From Chiloscyllium plagiosum (lineage: Eukaryota): a stretch of DNA of 64,000 nucleotides. Each line of letters opens with the position of its first letter. Positions within the stretch are counted from its first letter, which is position 1. The notes under the pieces were generated by a model that saw only the letters and a list, made by a program, of their open reading frames with translations, did no database searches and was not told the DNA's origin. The DNA is taken from the NCBI RefSeq assembly GCF_004010195.1, contig NC_057720.1, positions 14,733,751 through 14,797,750 on the forward strand, read 5' to 3'. Shown piece after piece: positions 38,730 through 51,749 of this stretch. The position numbers were made by a program, and so were the translations under genes.

Positions 38730-40255
38730 CAGTCATAGATACATACAGCACCGAGATAGGTCCTTTGACCCAAACTAGTCCATGCCAACCAAAACGTCCA
38801 TCCACACTAACCCCATTTCCTGCACTTGGCCCATATCCTTCTAATCCTTTCCTGCCCATGTATTTGTCCAAATGCCTTTTAAATGTTGTTAATGTGCCAG
38901 TCTCAACCACTTCCACTGACAGCTCATTCCATACGCGTACCGCTCTCTGTGTAAAAAAGTTACCCCTCAGGTTCTCTTTTACTCTTACCCCTCCCACCTT
39001 AAACTGATGCCCTCTAGTCCGCGATTCCCCAACACTGGGAAAAAGTTTGAGTGCATTCACCCTATGCATGCCTCTCATGATCGTATAGACCTCAATAAGG
39101 TTCCTCCTCAGTCTCCTAGGTTTGAAGTAAAAAGGCCTGGTTTATCCAACCTGTTCCTATAACTCAGACCATTGAGTCCAGTCAACATGCTTGTAAATTT
39201 CTTCTGCATTCTTTCCAGTTTAATAACATCCTTCCTATAGCAAGGTGACCAAACTGAACTCCAAGTGCGGCCTCACCAGCATCCTGTACAGCTGCAACTT
39301 CCCAACTTCTTTATTCAGTGCCCTGACTGATGAAGGCCATTGTGCCAAAAGTCTTCTTCACTGCCGTGTCTACCTGTGGCCCCACTTTCAGAGACCCGTG
39401 CATTTGAACTCCAAGGTCCCCTCTGTTCTACTACACTCCTTAAGGCCCTACTATTTACCATGAAACTCCTACCTTGATTTGACTTTCCAAAATGTAAGAC
39501 TTCACACTTATCTATATTGAACTCCATTTGCCATTTTTTTCAGCCCACTTCCCCAGCAGAACAAGGGCCTGCTGCAATTTCTGAGAACCTTCCTCACTGT
39601 CCAAGGTACTACCTATTTTAGTGTTATCAGTAAACTTACTATTCATGCTTTGTACATTCTTATCCAAATCATTGATATAGATAACAAACAGCACCGATCC
39701 TGAGGCACTTCACTAGTCACAGGCCTCCAGTCCAACAAGCATCCTTCCACCATTACCCTCTGCTTCCTACCATCAAACCAATTTTGAATCCAATTTGCCG
39801 GCTTATCCTGGATTCCATGTGCTCTAACCTTCAAGAGCAGCCAATCATGTGAAACTTTATCAATGGCCTTACTGAAATCCATATAGACCTAGTCTACCCC
39901 ACCAATGTCAGAACCTGCAGTATCCACAGTGTAATGCTCTTTTTTCTCCATTTCTTTACTTATAAGAAATAGGAGCAGGAGTAGGCAACCTGGCATGTCA
40001 AGCTGCTCCACCATTCACTAAGATTATGACTGATGTTTTTGTGGACTGCACTCTCCATAACCCTTAATTCCTTTACTGTTCAAAAATCTAACTATCTTTG
40101 CCTTAAAAATATTCAATGAGGTAGCCTAAACGGCTTCACTGAGCAGGGATTCCACAGATTCACAACCCTTTGGGTGAAGAAACTCCTCCTCAACTCAGTC
40201 CTAAATCTGATCCCCCTTATTTTAAGGGTACGCCCCCTAGTTCTAGTTTCACCCA
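38730..40255 (-). mobile_element. CR1-type LINE fragments (about 38730-39897 and 39962-40255)
   Basis: MDFSKA.DKV.H, YINDLD, MEFNIDKCEVLHFG and RGNFFTQR motifs. Confidence 0.88.
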
Positions 40256-41768
40256 TAATATTACAGAGTAAGTGATATTGTTAAAAAACACATGCAATGA
40301 ACCCAGCAGTCAAAAACCTCAGCTGCTTTCTTGAGGTACTGTATTTGAAATTGATTGGTAGATACTTGTGAATTATGTACCAAGTATGAAAAAACTGAAA
40401 TCCTAAATTAGAAGGATTAGCCGTGTAGACAGAAGCTGCAGCAGAAGCTTCCTGTTTAAAATTGCACTGTCATCTCTTGAAAAACAGATGTTCTCAGAAA
40501 CTGGGGCCCCCTTCTGCACATTTTAACATCAGTCAAGCTCAACATGGACATAAATGAACCTAACCAGTGAATAATCTTTCAATAAGACTGCAAATACATG
40601 TGATTTTCTGCTTGCTGGAGGCAGCAAAACGGTGAGTTTGCCATGGAAGAAACTTCCCCTCTTCTTGTTATTTCTGCAATTAAGTTCTGGATGAGAAGGT
40701 CTATGTGAGACTACCTTGACTCACCACTCAGAATTAAGATGGATAATTAATTAAGGGGTACAAAGTGCCACCTCAACAATCATCTGCCTCCACAGTGAGT
40801 GAGAAAAGTGGCTAGTTTCCCAATTTAGAAGCCATAGCAATCTGCCTGCCGGCTCTGGAAGGGGGGGTATCCAATTGCCCCAATCTGGGTGTGGGGATAT
40901 CAGAGATATTAGCCTCTGAAAGCCATCCCCTGCCCTTGCCTCTGAACCCACTAAAACCCACTTTCCCTGTGAGAGAAAGAGAAATATCTTCTTGTTGCGG
41001 CATTCCCTGAGAAGGAGGCCACACATGGTAGATTTCAGGATTCAGAACTGCTGGCCTCCGACTGTCCAGCAACCTCTGGTGATTCAGATCTGAGAACAGG
41101 GTGACACCCCTGCCCTTGCTGGTTCTCAGCTCTTAATTTGCAGAATTATGGGTGATCTGTAAATTACCATGCCATTGGGACCAGCATTGTTACTCACCAG
41201 GTAACAATGTTAGCTCTCTCAATATTTTAGCTCTCTGAAGTTTTTTAAAAAGAGTAGAAAATCATGGCCAGTGATCAAAGGTTCACTGTCTCTTCAATAT
41301 TTATAACACAACTCAGTACAGAAAGCTCCAGTTTCAATGACCATCTATAGTTGGATTGGCCAGACATAACGAGCACCAGTAAAGGACTCCAATAAGGGCA
41401 TAGGAGTATTCATTCATATGGTTATGTTTTCTGTTTCTAACCTGCCAAGAATCCTTTGCCGACAAATTCATGGTGACCTCACAAGGCTTGCATCATTCTC
41501 CCACTCTGTTCTTTTTCAATGTTAGTTACCTCTTCAGCTCATTGTCTAGTTCTATTCACTATTTGGTTGATGATGATTCACCGAATTTATCATCCTTCTT
41601 CAAACTACATGCCTTTCTTTGTGCCAGTATTCCTCCCACAGTCCCAATGACTGAAACACTCTATCTTCATCCTCAGATTGTCCTTCAATGCATTAGTGAA
41701 ATAGATTGTTTCTTTCAACTTTTGAATTTTTTTTACGTGTTGCCTTAATCAAGCAACCTTAATAATTT

Positions 41769-41880
41769 ATGATTTGGAGATGCCGGTGTTGGACTGGGGT
41801 GGACAAAGTTAAAAATCACACAACACCAGGTTATCGTCCAACAGGTTTAGTTGGAAGCACTACCTTTCGGAGCTAGTGAC
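41769..41880 (-). mobile_element. Penelope-like terminal fragment (family of 13589-15168)
   Basis: Reverse complement of the 15065-15168 pLTR end and tail. Confidence 0.7.
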
Positions 41881-42117
41881 AATAATAAATCAAATCAAGT
41901 CTTTGACATTGACCCAGCTCCCTCAGACTGCCAGGATGTCTGACAACTCCTGTTTTTTATCTGGTTAGCCTGGGCTCCCTGATTGGACCAAATTAACAGC
42001 CCCAATCAGGGAACTCATGTTCTGTGGCATCCACCTGACTGACCTCATTAGAATCACTACAGATTCAAGGAAAATAAATCTATTGTGGTTCTGTTCGCCG
42101 AGGTGGGAATTTGTGTT

Positions 42118-42157
42118 GCAGACGTTTCGTCCCCTGTCTAGGTGACATCCTCAGTGC
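42118..42157 (-). ncRNA. Minimal hammerhead ribozyme motif (inverted copy, sense in the KYAT3 pre-mRNA)
   Basis: Exact reverse complement of 42768-42807. Confidence 0.72.
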
Positions 42158-42767
42158 TTGGGAGCCTCCTGTGAAGCGCTTCTGTGATCTTTCCTCCAGC
42201 ATTTATAGTGATTTGTATCTGCCGCTTCCGGTTGTCAGTTCCAGCTGTCCGCTGCAGTGCCCGGTATATTGGGTCCAGGTCGATGTGCTTATTGATTGAA
42301 TCTGTGGATGAGTACCATGCCTCTAGGAATTCCCTGGCTGTTCTCTGTTTGGCTTGTCCTATAATAGTAGTGTTGTCCCAGTCAAATTCATGTTGCTTGT
42401 CATCTGCGTGTGTGGCTACTAAGGATAGCTGGTTGTGTCGTTTCGTGGCTCGTTGGTTTCGTGGCACACCAACTAGCCACGAAACGACACGACCAGCTAT
42501 CCTTAGTAGCCACACACACAGATGATAAGCAACATGAATTCGACTGGGACAATATTACTATTATAGGACAAGCCAAACAGAGAACAGCCAGGGAATTCCT
42601 AGAGGCATGGCACTCATCCACAAATTCAATCAATAAGCACATCGACCTGGACCCAATATACCGGCCACTGCAGCAGACGGCTGGAACTGACAACCGGAAG
42701 CAGCAGAGACAAATCACTACAAATGCCGGAGGAAAGATCACAGAAGTGCTTCACAGGAGGCTCCCAA

Positions 42768-42807
42768 GCACTGAGGATGTCACCTAGACAGGGGACGAAA
42801 CGTCTGC
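42768..42807 (+). ncRNA. Minimal hammerhead ribozyme motif
   Basis: GCA-CUGAGGA-U-GUC(A)CCU(AGAC)AGG(G)GAC-GAAA-CG-UC/UGC: intact core, 3-bp stem I, ACGU palindrome and GUC cleavage triplet. Confidence 0.72.
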
Positions 42808-43686
42808 AACACAAATTCCCAGCTCAGCGAACAGAACCACAACAACGAGCACCCGAGCTACAAATCTTTTCACAAACTTTGAAAATAAATCTGATAAAGA
42901 TCTTTGTAGTGAGAAGACAAGAACTCAAGAATCAGAGGTTTGGATATCGATGTGCATAACTGACAAATAGCTAGTGACATATAGAAAAATCAAAAATTAA
43001 ATTGTAATTAAAAGTGTAACATTAACCTTTTATCTTAAGAGGCAAGGACACAAAAGAAAAGGAAATTATGTTCCAGGTGAACAACACTTGGCCTATGCAA
43101 TGCTGTGTTCAGCTTTGAACAATCTTCTGCCGAAAGGATATACTGACTTGGAAGATGGTATTTTACAAATTCACCAGAAGGATACCAGGATTAAAAGATT
43201 TAAAATTAGACTTATGACATTCAGGATTAAAATTAGGAATTACCATTTCCTCAGAAGGGTAGTAGAAATCTAGACATCTCTCCCCAAAAGGCTGGGAGTC
43301 AGGTTACATGAAATTTACATGACACTAATCATATAGTTTTGTTAAGTAAGACTGGTCTTCAAGGAAATTGGGAGAAAGACATGTGGATAAAGTACAGACC
43401 AGGCATGATCCATCTAAATTACAGAACAGACATAATGGGATGAATGGCCTCCACAAGTTTCTACGATTAACCCAATAGTGGAAAAGAAGCAGTAACCAAA
43501 GTTTATTTCATTCTAATGGATTGAATTTTCAAAGCTTTGGTGCAGTAAGAATTTACAGGTCTCAGGTCTCAGAAGAGGGATTGAAATGCACAATCTTCTG
43601 GTTGGTGATTCAGAACCAGAGGATCACCAACATTAATCAATGTGAAAACACCTATTTTTATATTAACAAAATCAAGCTGAACTTAC

Positions 43687-43760
43687 CTTGTTTTTAATCA
43701 TCCACTTCACAAAGAGGTTATCATAAGGCTCATTCTCTTCCACCTTGGAGATATCCACAT
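43687..43760 (-). CDS. KYAT3: KYAT3 exon (DVDISKVEENEPYDNLFVKWMIKNK)
   Basis: 74 nt, tag|...|gtaagt, in phase with the previous exon (G|AT). Contains the EPYD..FVKWM motif. Confidence 0.94.
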
Positions 43761-44751
43761 CTAAAGGGAACATTGTGCAAATGTTAAGAAGAATTGATTA
43801 TTTCATTAGTTAGATGGCATTTTTCATGGTGGCATTTTTCATGTCTTTGAGACGCCGCATCAAATAGAAACAAACATTGACCAAACAGATCTAGGAACTC
43901 CAATACTCTTAAGTTAAAAAAAAAGCACTTGTGTACACACCAAATATAGCTTCATTGCTGCATATTGATTTCTGAGTGTAGTAATGCAACATACAACCCA
44001 GCTCTATATGCTCTGAAGGTTCACCCATGTAACCGTGTGAACCTTGGCAACAAATGCCAGTTGCATATTCAATGTGAGATACTGCGTCATTGTCCTTAAG
44101 TTAAATAGCCATTTTCTCAGAATAACAAGTGTCAGGGGAAGGACCTCTGCCCTTGCTTTGTAATCAAAAAATCATTCAACCACTGCCCATAGCTGAGACC
44201 TGTCAAATCTGTTTGCATGAGGGATCATACAACAACTGTGCTAGTTTACATGGATGAATATACCAGCTCCTGACTGGAACTTGCGTTGTCTGGCCGTTTT
44301 GTTTTAATGTCTTCCAGCACTTGGCATCCGGCCCAGTAAATGGTGTGGGTCTTTCGTTCACACAATCTCACAACCTTCTGAGTAATCCAATGGCGAAGCA
44401 AAGTAACAGACAACCACCCACTGACAGACTGTCGTCAGCAGTGTACCCTTGGATCGCTTTCAGGTCAGAACTGTGGACCCATTTATCTTGCACCAAGTCT
44501 CGTAATTTGTTGAGTCTAAGATCAGACATGAATATACGGTGGGTCTAATCCAATTTTCCATTCATAACAAAACTCCTCTGTTACTTTCGTAGATCATTCA
44601 AGAAATGGAAAGAAATATTTCAAATCCAGCTATGTGTCACAGCTGGCATCAGTACAGGATCGAGGTACCTGAGGAAAGTTCAGTGGTGGTGTTGAGTTAC
44701 TAAATGCTCAGCGCTTTTGGAGAGAGGGGAACGACGGGGAAAAGCACTTAC

Positions 44752-44938
44752 CTAGTGCGGAAATATCGACAATCATGAAGTAACCGCCTTCGGGGATGAT
44801 TGGCTTCATCCTGACAGTATGGAGAAACTTGGCCATGCGGTTGCGCTTCGCTTCCAGCTCACGAGGTAGAGACAGGAAGTAGCAATCCTTATCTGTCAGG
44901 CGGCCATATTCCTTCCAAATACCTTGGGCAACAGCTTC
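44752..44938 (-). CDS. KYAT3: KYAT3 exon (EAVAQGIWKEYGRLTDKDCYFLSLPRELEAKRNRMAKFLHTVRMKPIIPEGGYFMIVDISAL)
   Basis: 187 nt, cag|...|gtaagt, with the PEGGYF motif. Confidence 0.95.
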
Positions 44939-45119
44939 CTGTGTACAAGAAGATGACAGATAGCCTCAATTGGGGTGCTTCACTGCATTTTCCCAAATAG
45001 GCCCAGTTTTGCAGTTTCAAAAGCTCACAAAAGGCTCAGCGCAAATATGAAATGAAATGTACAGCTCAGAAATAGGATATTTGGCCCAACAAGGCCTCCT
45101 GCGACCCCTTTTATGTTCA

Positions 45120-45580
45120 CATTAGGAGGAGTAGGCCGATCAGCCCCTTGAAATTGCTCTGACATTCAATAAGATCGTGGCTGACTTGATTACTCTGCCT
45201 TCCCGCCTAACCTTTCACCCCATTGCCCATCAAGAATCTACTTCATCCTTAAAAGTATTCAAAGACACTGCTTCAACTGTCTTTTAAGGAAGAGAGTTCC
45301 AAAGGCGTTTGAGAGAAAACAAATTCTCATCTCTGTCTTAGGTGGATGTCCCCTAACTTTTAAACAATGATCACTTAGTTCAAGATTCTCCCATCAGAGA
45401 AACATCTTTTCCACATTTACCCTGTCAAAACCCCTCAGGATCTTAGATGTTTCAAACAAGCCATCACTTTCTCTTCAAAGCTTCAGCAAATAAAAGCCTA
45501 GTCTGTCCAACCGTTGCTCAGAGATAACCTTCTCTGAATTTCTTCCTGAAATAAGGTAACTGATACTGTACATAGTAATA
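45120..45580 (-). mobile_element. Old CR1 3' fragment
   Basis: Similar to 915-1300 and 39962-40255. Confidence 0.65.
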
Positions 45581-45584
45581 CACA

Positions 45585-46200
45585 AGGGGAAGCGATGGTC
45601 AAATGTATGTTAGACTAATAGTGCAGGAAATGGTCCGGGGACCTAGGCTTGAATCTCATCACAGCAGACAGTGCAATTTGAATTGAAAACATCTGGAATT
45701 AAAAGTCTTATGATGACCAGCGTCAATGAAAAAACAACATCTGGTTCACTAATGTTCTTCAGGGAAGGAAATCTGCTGTCCTTCCTTGGTCTGACCCTAC
45801 ATATGACTCCAGACCCATGCCAATGCTATTGACTCTATGAAATGTCCAAGCAAGTCATTCAGTTATACTGAATCAAGGAAGCAATGGCCTCGTGGTATTA
45901 TCGCTGGATTGTTAATCCAGAGACCCAGGTAATTTTGGCAGATGGTAGAATTGGAATTCAACAAATATCTGGAATGAAGAGTCTAATGATGACCAAGAAG
46001 CCATTGTCAATTGTTGGAAAAACCTATCTGGTTCACTATTGTCTTCAGGGAAGGAAACTGCCATCCTCCCCTGGTCTGGCTTTCATGTGACTCCAGACCC
46101 ATAGCCAATGTGGTTGACTCTTAACTGCCTCCAGACAATTAGGGATGGGCAATAAATGCTGGCCTTGCCAGAGACACCCTCATCTCATGAATGATTTTAA
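45585..46200 (+). mobile_element. Two tandem copies of a second SINE-like family
   Basis: The block atctggttcactaatg...agggaaggaaa.ctgc..tcc...tggtctg...tgactccagaccc occurs twice here. It recurs at about 54500-54810 and, inverted, at about 12380-12740 and 25510-25830. Confidence 0.65.
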
Positions 46201-46229
46201 AAAAAGAAACTCTACAAAGCCTAAACAAA

Positions 46230-48500
46230 TGATATCCAATATCAACTAAGGCACTAGAAACAACAGGCCAGTAATCCCTCCAAAGTCCTCCTTACCAACA
46301 GGTCTGGGAGAGCTGTCTCACAGACTAGTCAGATAACAGTCTAACACAGTCATACTCATGGTATCATATCTTACAGACAATGTCCCAGACACCACCATTG
46401 CCATTCCTGAATATATCCTGTCCCACTCGCAGAATTGACCACGAATACAGTGGTATATAGGCAGGAGGGAGTTGTCTTGGGAATCCTCAATGTTCACTCC
46501 AGACCCCATGAAGTCTCAAGTTATCAGGTCAAACATGGGCAAGGAAAGCACCTGATGATTACCAAGCACACCTCAGCTGATGAATCGGTACTTTTCCATA
46601 TTGAACAACACTTAGAGGAAGCAGTGAGGATGGCAAGGATGTAAACTGAGCTCTGAGTGGGGGATCTCAATGACCACCACCAAGAATGTTTTGGTAGCAG
46701 CTCCATTGCTTGAGATAGGTCGGAAATTAAAGGACATAGCTGCTAAACTGGGTCTGCAGCAGGTGGTGAGAAAACTAACAAGAGGGACAGCATATTTATC
46801 CTCATCCTTACCATTCTGCCTGCTACATCTGCCCATAACAGTCTCGGTAACAGTGACCACTGCACTGACATTGTAACGAGGAAGTCCTGCCTTCACAGTG
46901 AGAATACCCTCAAACATATTGTACGTCACTACCACTGTGCCAAATGGAACAGACAGTAAACAGATCTATCAATGCAAGACTGGGAATTCATAAGGCACTG
47001 TGGCCCATCAACAGCAGCAGAACTCCAACACAATCTGCAACATCAAGGCCTGGTATATCCCACACTTAATCATTACCCAAAAGCCATGGGATCAACATAA
47101 ATGGAGAGTGCAGGACAGCATGCAGGAGCAACACCAGGCATACCTAAAAATGAGGTGTCAACCTGGTGAAGCTATAAAACAGGACTACTTGCATGCCAAA
47201 CAACATAAGCAACAAGTGATAAAGAAAGCTAAGCGATCCCACCCAATCCATGCCCCTCATGATTTTATAAACATCTATAAACCTCCAGGGAAATAAGCCC
47301 CAGTCTATTCAGCCTCTCCAGTGCTGAATTAATTAAAATAATTAAAACTATCCAGTGCTGGCAACATCCTTCCAAATCTTTTCTGCACCCTCTCAAATTT
47401 AACAACATCCTTTCTATAGAAGGGCAACCAGATTTATACAAAGTATTCAAAAAGTGGCCTTACCAATGTCCTGTACAACCACAATGTGACGCCCCAACTC
47501 CTATACTCAATGCACTGACCATTGAAGGCAAGTGTGCCAAACACTTCTTCACCATCCTGTGTACCTGTGACTCCCCTTTCATGAGACTATGTAGCTGCGA
47601 TCCCCAGGTCTCTTTGTTTAGCAACACTCCCCAGGGCCCTACCATAAACTTTATAAGTTTTCCCTAATTTGCCTTACTAAAAATGCAGCACCTGACATTT
47701 ATCTAAATTAAACTTGATCTGCCAATCCTCAGGTTACTGGCCCATCTGATCAAGGTTTCGTCATACTCTGCGATAATCTTCTTCACTGTCCACTATTTGA
47801 TCTATTTTGGTGTCATCTGCAAACTTACTAGCCATGCCTCCTATATTACTGCTTCACAATAACCTGCTCACTGATGCCCAGTTTGGGTTCTGCCAGGGCC
47901 ACTCAGCTCCAGATCTCATTACAGCCTTGATTCAAACATAGATTAAAAGGTTGAACTCCAGAGGAGAGATAAGAGTGAATCTCTTGACTGACTGTGTCAT
48001 CAAGGAATCCTACTGAAACTAGAGTCAATGGAAATAAAGGAAAACTTATCACTGGTTTGTGCATACCTGACCCAAAGGAAAATGATTGTGGTTATTGAAT
48101 GTCAGTCATCTCAGTCCCAGGACATCACTGAGTAGTGTAGTGTCCAAGGCCTAAACATTGTCAACTGCTTCATTAATGGTCTTTGCTCTATCATAATGGC
48201 CAATGCTCAGCAGTATCTTTGACTCCTCAGTTACAGAGTAGCCAATGGGAATGCATCAAGACCTTGACAACATCCAGATTTGGGTTGAAAAGTGGCAAGT
48301 AACATTTGTGCTACCCAAATGCCAGACAATGACTATAATCAACAAGAAAGAATCTTACCCTCATCATTTGATGTTCAATAGCATTATCATCACTTCATCT
48401 TCAATTACAAACATCATGGGAGGTACCACTGTTCAGAAATTTACTGTGGCTACAGGAGCAAGTGAGAGGCTAGAAATCTTACAACCAGTAAATTACTGGA
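46230..48500 (+). mobile_element. Highly decayed CR1/L2-superfamily LINE (endonuclease to RT) with a younger CR1 inserted antisense at about 47245-47850
   Basis: Residual motifs GLQQVVR..TRG, QFGF.Q..SAPDLIT and DLDNIQ.W.EKWQVTF..KCQ. Related pieces lie at about 27400-27870, 31800-32390 and 49540-49940. Confidence 0.65.
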
Positions 48501-48995
48501 AGGTCTGCCCATGACTGAGGGGCACAAAATGGTCAAAGGCTGCTCATGGTTAATGCAGCAGAAAATGGCTGATAGAAGTTAAAGGGCTTGCAAAAAATAT
48601 TTGTTTAGTGTGGTCTTCAAAAGTAGAACAGCAGTAGTTCTGTACACTTAAGGTTACTGGATTGAGATAGAATCCGCAGTTGCAGTTGCTTATGCATAAG
48701 GCATAGATAAGAACATTTCACACTAGTTAGTTATTTCTCTTGAACTATTTATCAATCTGTTAGAATACTAAGAGTAGGTTTCAGTTAAGATTCTTCAGAT
48801 AATCATAGATATGGAATCCAAAGTAGTTATAGATCCACCTATATACAAAAAAACTAAAAGCATTAAAGTGAAAGATTCAAACCACTCTCAGACAATAAGA
48901 GCAGCTCCCATATCAATAAAGGGAGATAAGAGAGTCTGTTAATATCATGAAACCGTGGAGAACCGGCAATGGACGACAAGCATGTGTATCTCTTT

Positions 48996-49159
48996 CTGGA
49001 TCAGTGGTGCTGGAAGAGCACAGTAATTCAGGCAGCATCCAACGCGCAGTGGTGCTGCTCGTCGAATGCTGCTCGTCGGATGCTGCCTGAATTGCTGTGC
49101 TCTTCCAGCACCACTGATCCAGAATCTGGTTTCCAGCATCTGCAGTCATTGTTTTTACC
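48996..49159 (+). mobile_element. Very short inverted-repeat Penelope-like insertion (family of 34993-35669), lacking the hammerhead
   Basis: 15-bp TSD CATGTGTATCTCTTT (48981-48995 and 49160-49174), arms of about 48 bp, a scrambled centre and a 35-nt tail. Confidence 0.85.
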
Positions 49160-50544
49160 CATGTGTATCTCTTTGTCATTCAGTGATATGATTTGCTTAA
49201 TTGGAAACACATTAAAATTGTTGACTGCAGCAGTACTTCCTTTGGGTTAAGGACTATCAACAGTTAAACTATGTCAAGTAAATTTCTGAGGCAAGCTTGA
49301 CAGTATAAGATGCTATACCAGAGAGCCAAGGATAACTTAGCGCTGCTGACCAATAGCAATTGCTGGGGGGTGGGTGCACACTCTAACTTTAAACTATAAA
49401 CGTTAAGACACACTGAAGCTTTGTGTGTGCCATATTGCTCTGGAGAAATGAAGTTGTACCGAAAATAAAGCTGCAATAAAAAGTTATCTGAAACCACTCC
49501 GCAACTCGGACTCTTATTGGAAAATGAGATCTAACACTCACCTCCCAACTCTCCAAAACCTGTCCACCATTTGAAAGTCACAAATCAGGAGTGTGACTGA
49601 ATATTCCCCACTTGCCTGAATGTGTACACCTCTAACGACTCTCAAAAGGTTTGATACCTGAGTGTTAGCTGACACCACACCTTTAAACATTCACTCCTTC
49701 CACCATTAATGCACAGTAGCAGAATTGTGCACCATCTGCAAGATGTACTGCAGAAATTCACCAAAGATTCTCAGACGACAAATTCTAAACTCACAACCAC
49801 CATCTAGGACAAGGGCAACAGATACACTGGAATATAACCGATTGCAAGTTGCCCTCCAAGCCGCTCACCATCATGATTTGGAAATATATTGCCATTTCTT
49901 CAGTTTCAATGGGTCAAAATCCTGGAGCTCTCTCCCCACCTATCATTGCAACTTGTTACTTCTTCCTCATGTACTTAGTTAGCTTCCCTTTAAACATATT
50001 TATACAAGTCAGACCATCCATTTCATGCAGTACTGAGTTCAAAATTCTAACCATTTTCTGAGTAATGATGATTCTTCCCGAATTGTTTTGTTTCTCAGTG
50101 ACTATCTTAAACTTATGTTGGAAACTATTATGTTCATTGCATAACAATTTAATGGATCAGTGATTTGGAGAATATAGAAAACATAATTCTTCAGGTTTCG
50201 ATCAGCTTCTGGATTGTAAACCAAATCAAATAATTTTCAACTCAACATGTGCATTCATGCCTTGGAATAGAACCTTGAAAAACATTTCAAAACTGTAAGG
50301 GAACAATCTTCTTCTCATGCAGAACAACATGTGGATGGAGTACATATTTCCTCAGGTATTGAACAATTATGTCTAATGCTAAGATGGCTAACTTTACCTC
50401 AAGTCTTTCTATACCCTCTCATAGACTTTCCTTAACCACCTATCAACACAGATCAATCAATTTAAGGACTTAGAGAGAGGTGGGAGAAACAAAGTCAAAA
50501 TGTTCAGGAAATGTTGTTAAACAAAATAATCTACCCAGTAGAAA

Positions 50545-50775
50545 CCCACATGCCCATGTGAGTTTCCTCCAGGTCCTCCGATTTCCTCCCATAGTCCAAA
50601 GGTGTGAAAAACTTGGCCCGTTGTATCCAGAGATGTGCAAGTTTGGTGGAATGGCCACGGTTAATGCAGTTATGGGGGGAGGGGGCGTTTGGGTCTGGGT
50701 GGGATGCTTTTCAGAGGATCAGTGCAAACCCAATAGGTTGAATGGCCTCTATCTGCACTGTAGGGATTCTATGAT
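50545..50775 (+). mobile_element. Truncated V-SINE
   Basis: Matches the 3' two-thirds of the SINE consensus; diverged. Confidence 0.7.
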
Positions 50776-51749
50776 ATGAGGTAATTCACTTGTGAATGTA
50801 TATATATGTTGATTAATATTTATGACAAGGAGATAAAAAGTGTTCTTCTAAAGCGCATTAGGATCCTGGAGCAACCATATGATGTTGTCATGGAACTGTA
50901 CATCATGAATATAAATTGACCAAGCAGGTGGAATTAGAACACTCTGAACTCTCAAACTCTGCTCCAGGCGAGACTACAGCATGGACATGAACAGCTGAAG
51001 ATATATTAGTCCTTACCTCACGTAATTATAAGCCAGAGTCTGGTATATCTATGACTAACTACAGCAGTACTTAGTTAATGTATAATGGATATTGTGTTCT
51101 TTTGAAATCTAAACCTGAAGATAGCCCATGACTTTACAGGCAGGTCAAGGAGAAGGTAAAGAACTGAAACTACATGAAAGAGGAATAGTTTAAACAGGGC
51201 TCAATTATGCTTTTTTTTAACTCTCCCTCAAAGCATAACTCATCTGACATTCTAGCACAAATGAAGAGATCACGGGTTGTATCCAACAGTGACTGGAGCT
51301 TGCAATTGCAGCATGAATCTTCCAAGAGCATCAACTACTGCCAGGTTTCTGCCCTCAGACCTACTTTATTAGCCTGCATCTGCCCCCCACATTTCTGGGC
51401 CAAACTACAGATACCACAGGACCAGGAAATGGAGAGCAAATCTTCAGTCCAGCTGAATCCTCACAGTAAGACTGTCAAGCAATAATTGGTGATAGGTTAA
51501 ATCATTGAATAACACACTGATTAGCTTAAACGCCTTTTTAGTAAATTAATAAATAAATAATGTCACGTAAGTGAATAAGGGATGATGTAGATGGGTAGGG
51601 CTACAAAGTGGATGGCAAGGAGACAGAGTGACAAGATTGGGTAAGGGGCCACAGTGGATATGGTGGCTTGGGGAGACATTAGGGCGTATTTATCATTGAC
51701 TGCTTTTAGTTCCTCTAAATCTTTCCTGGCCAACTATTAAGGCAGAAAC

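Larger units (their letters stand above)
42082..42880 (+). mobile_element. Inverted-repeat Penelope-like insertion (GIY-YIG C-terminus plus pLTR) in a KYAT3 intron
   Basis: 12-bp TSD GAAAATAAATCT (42070-42081 and 42881-42892). Arms about 42083-42460 and 42468-42842 both encode LSLVATH.DDKQHEFDWDN.TIIGQAKQRTAREFLEAW.SST.SINKHIDLDPIY, the PLE endonuclease C-terminus. 38-nt tail at 42843-42880. Confidence 0.9.

Noticed and set aside
44200..44700. Mildly CpG-rich KYAT3 intron segment with a 53-codon minus-strand ORF
   Set aside because: No recognisable homology, snoRNA boxes or clean in-frame exon boundaries.
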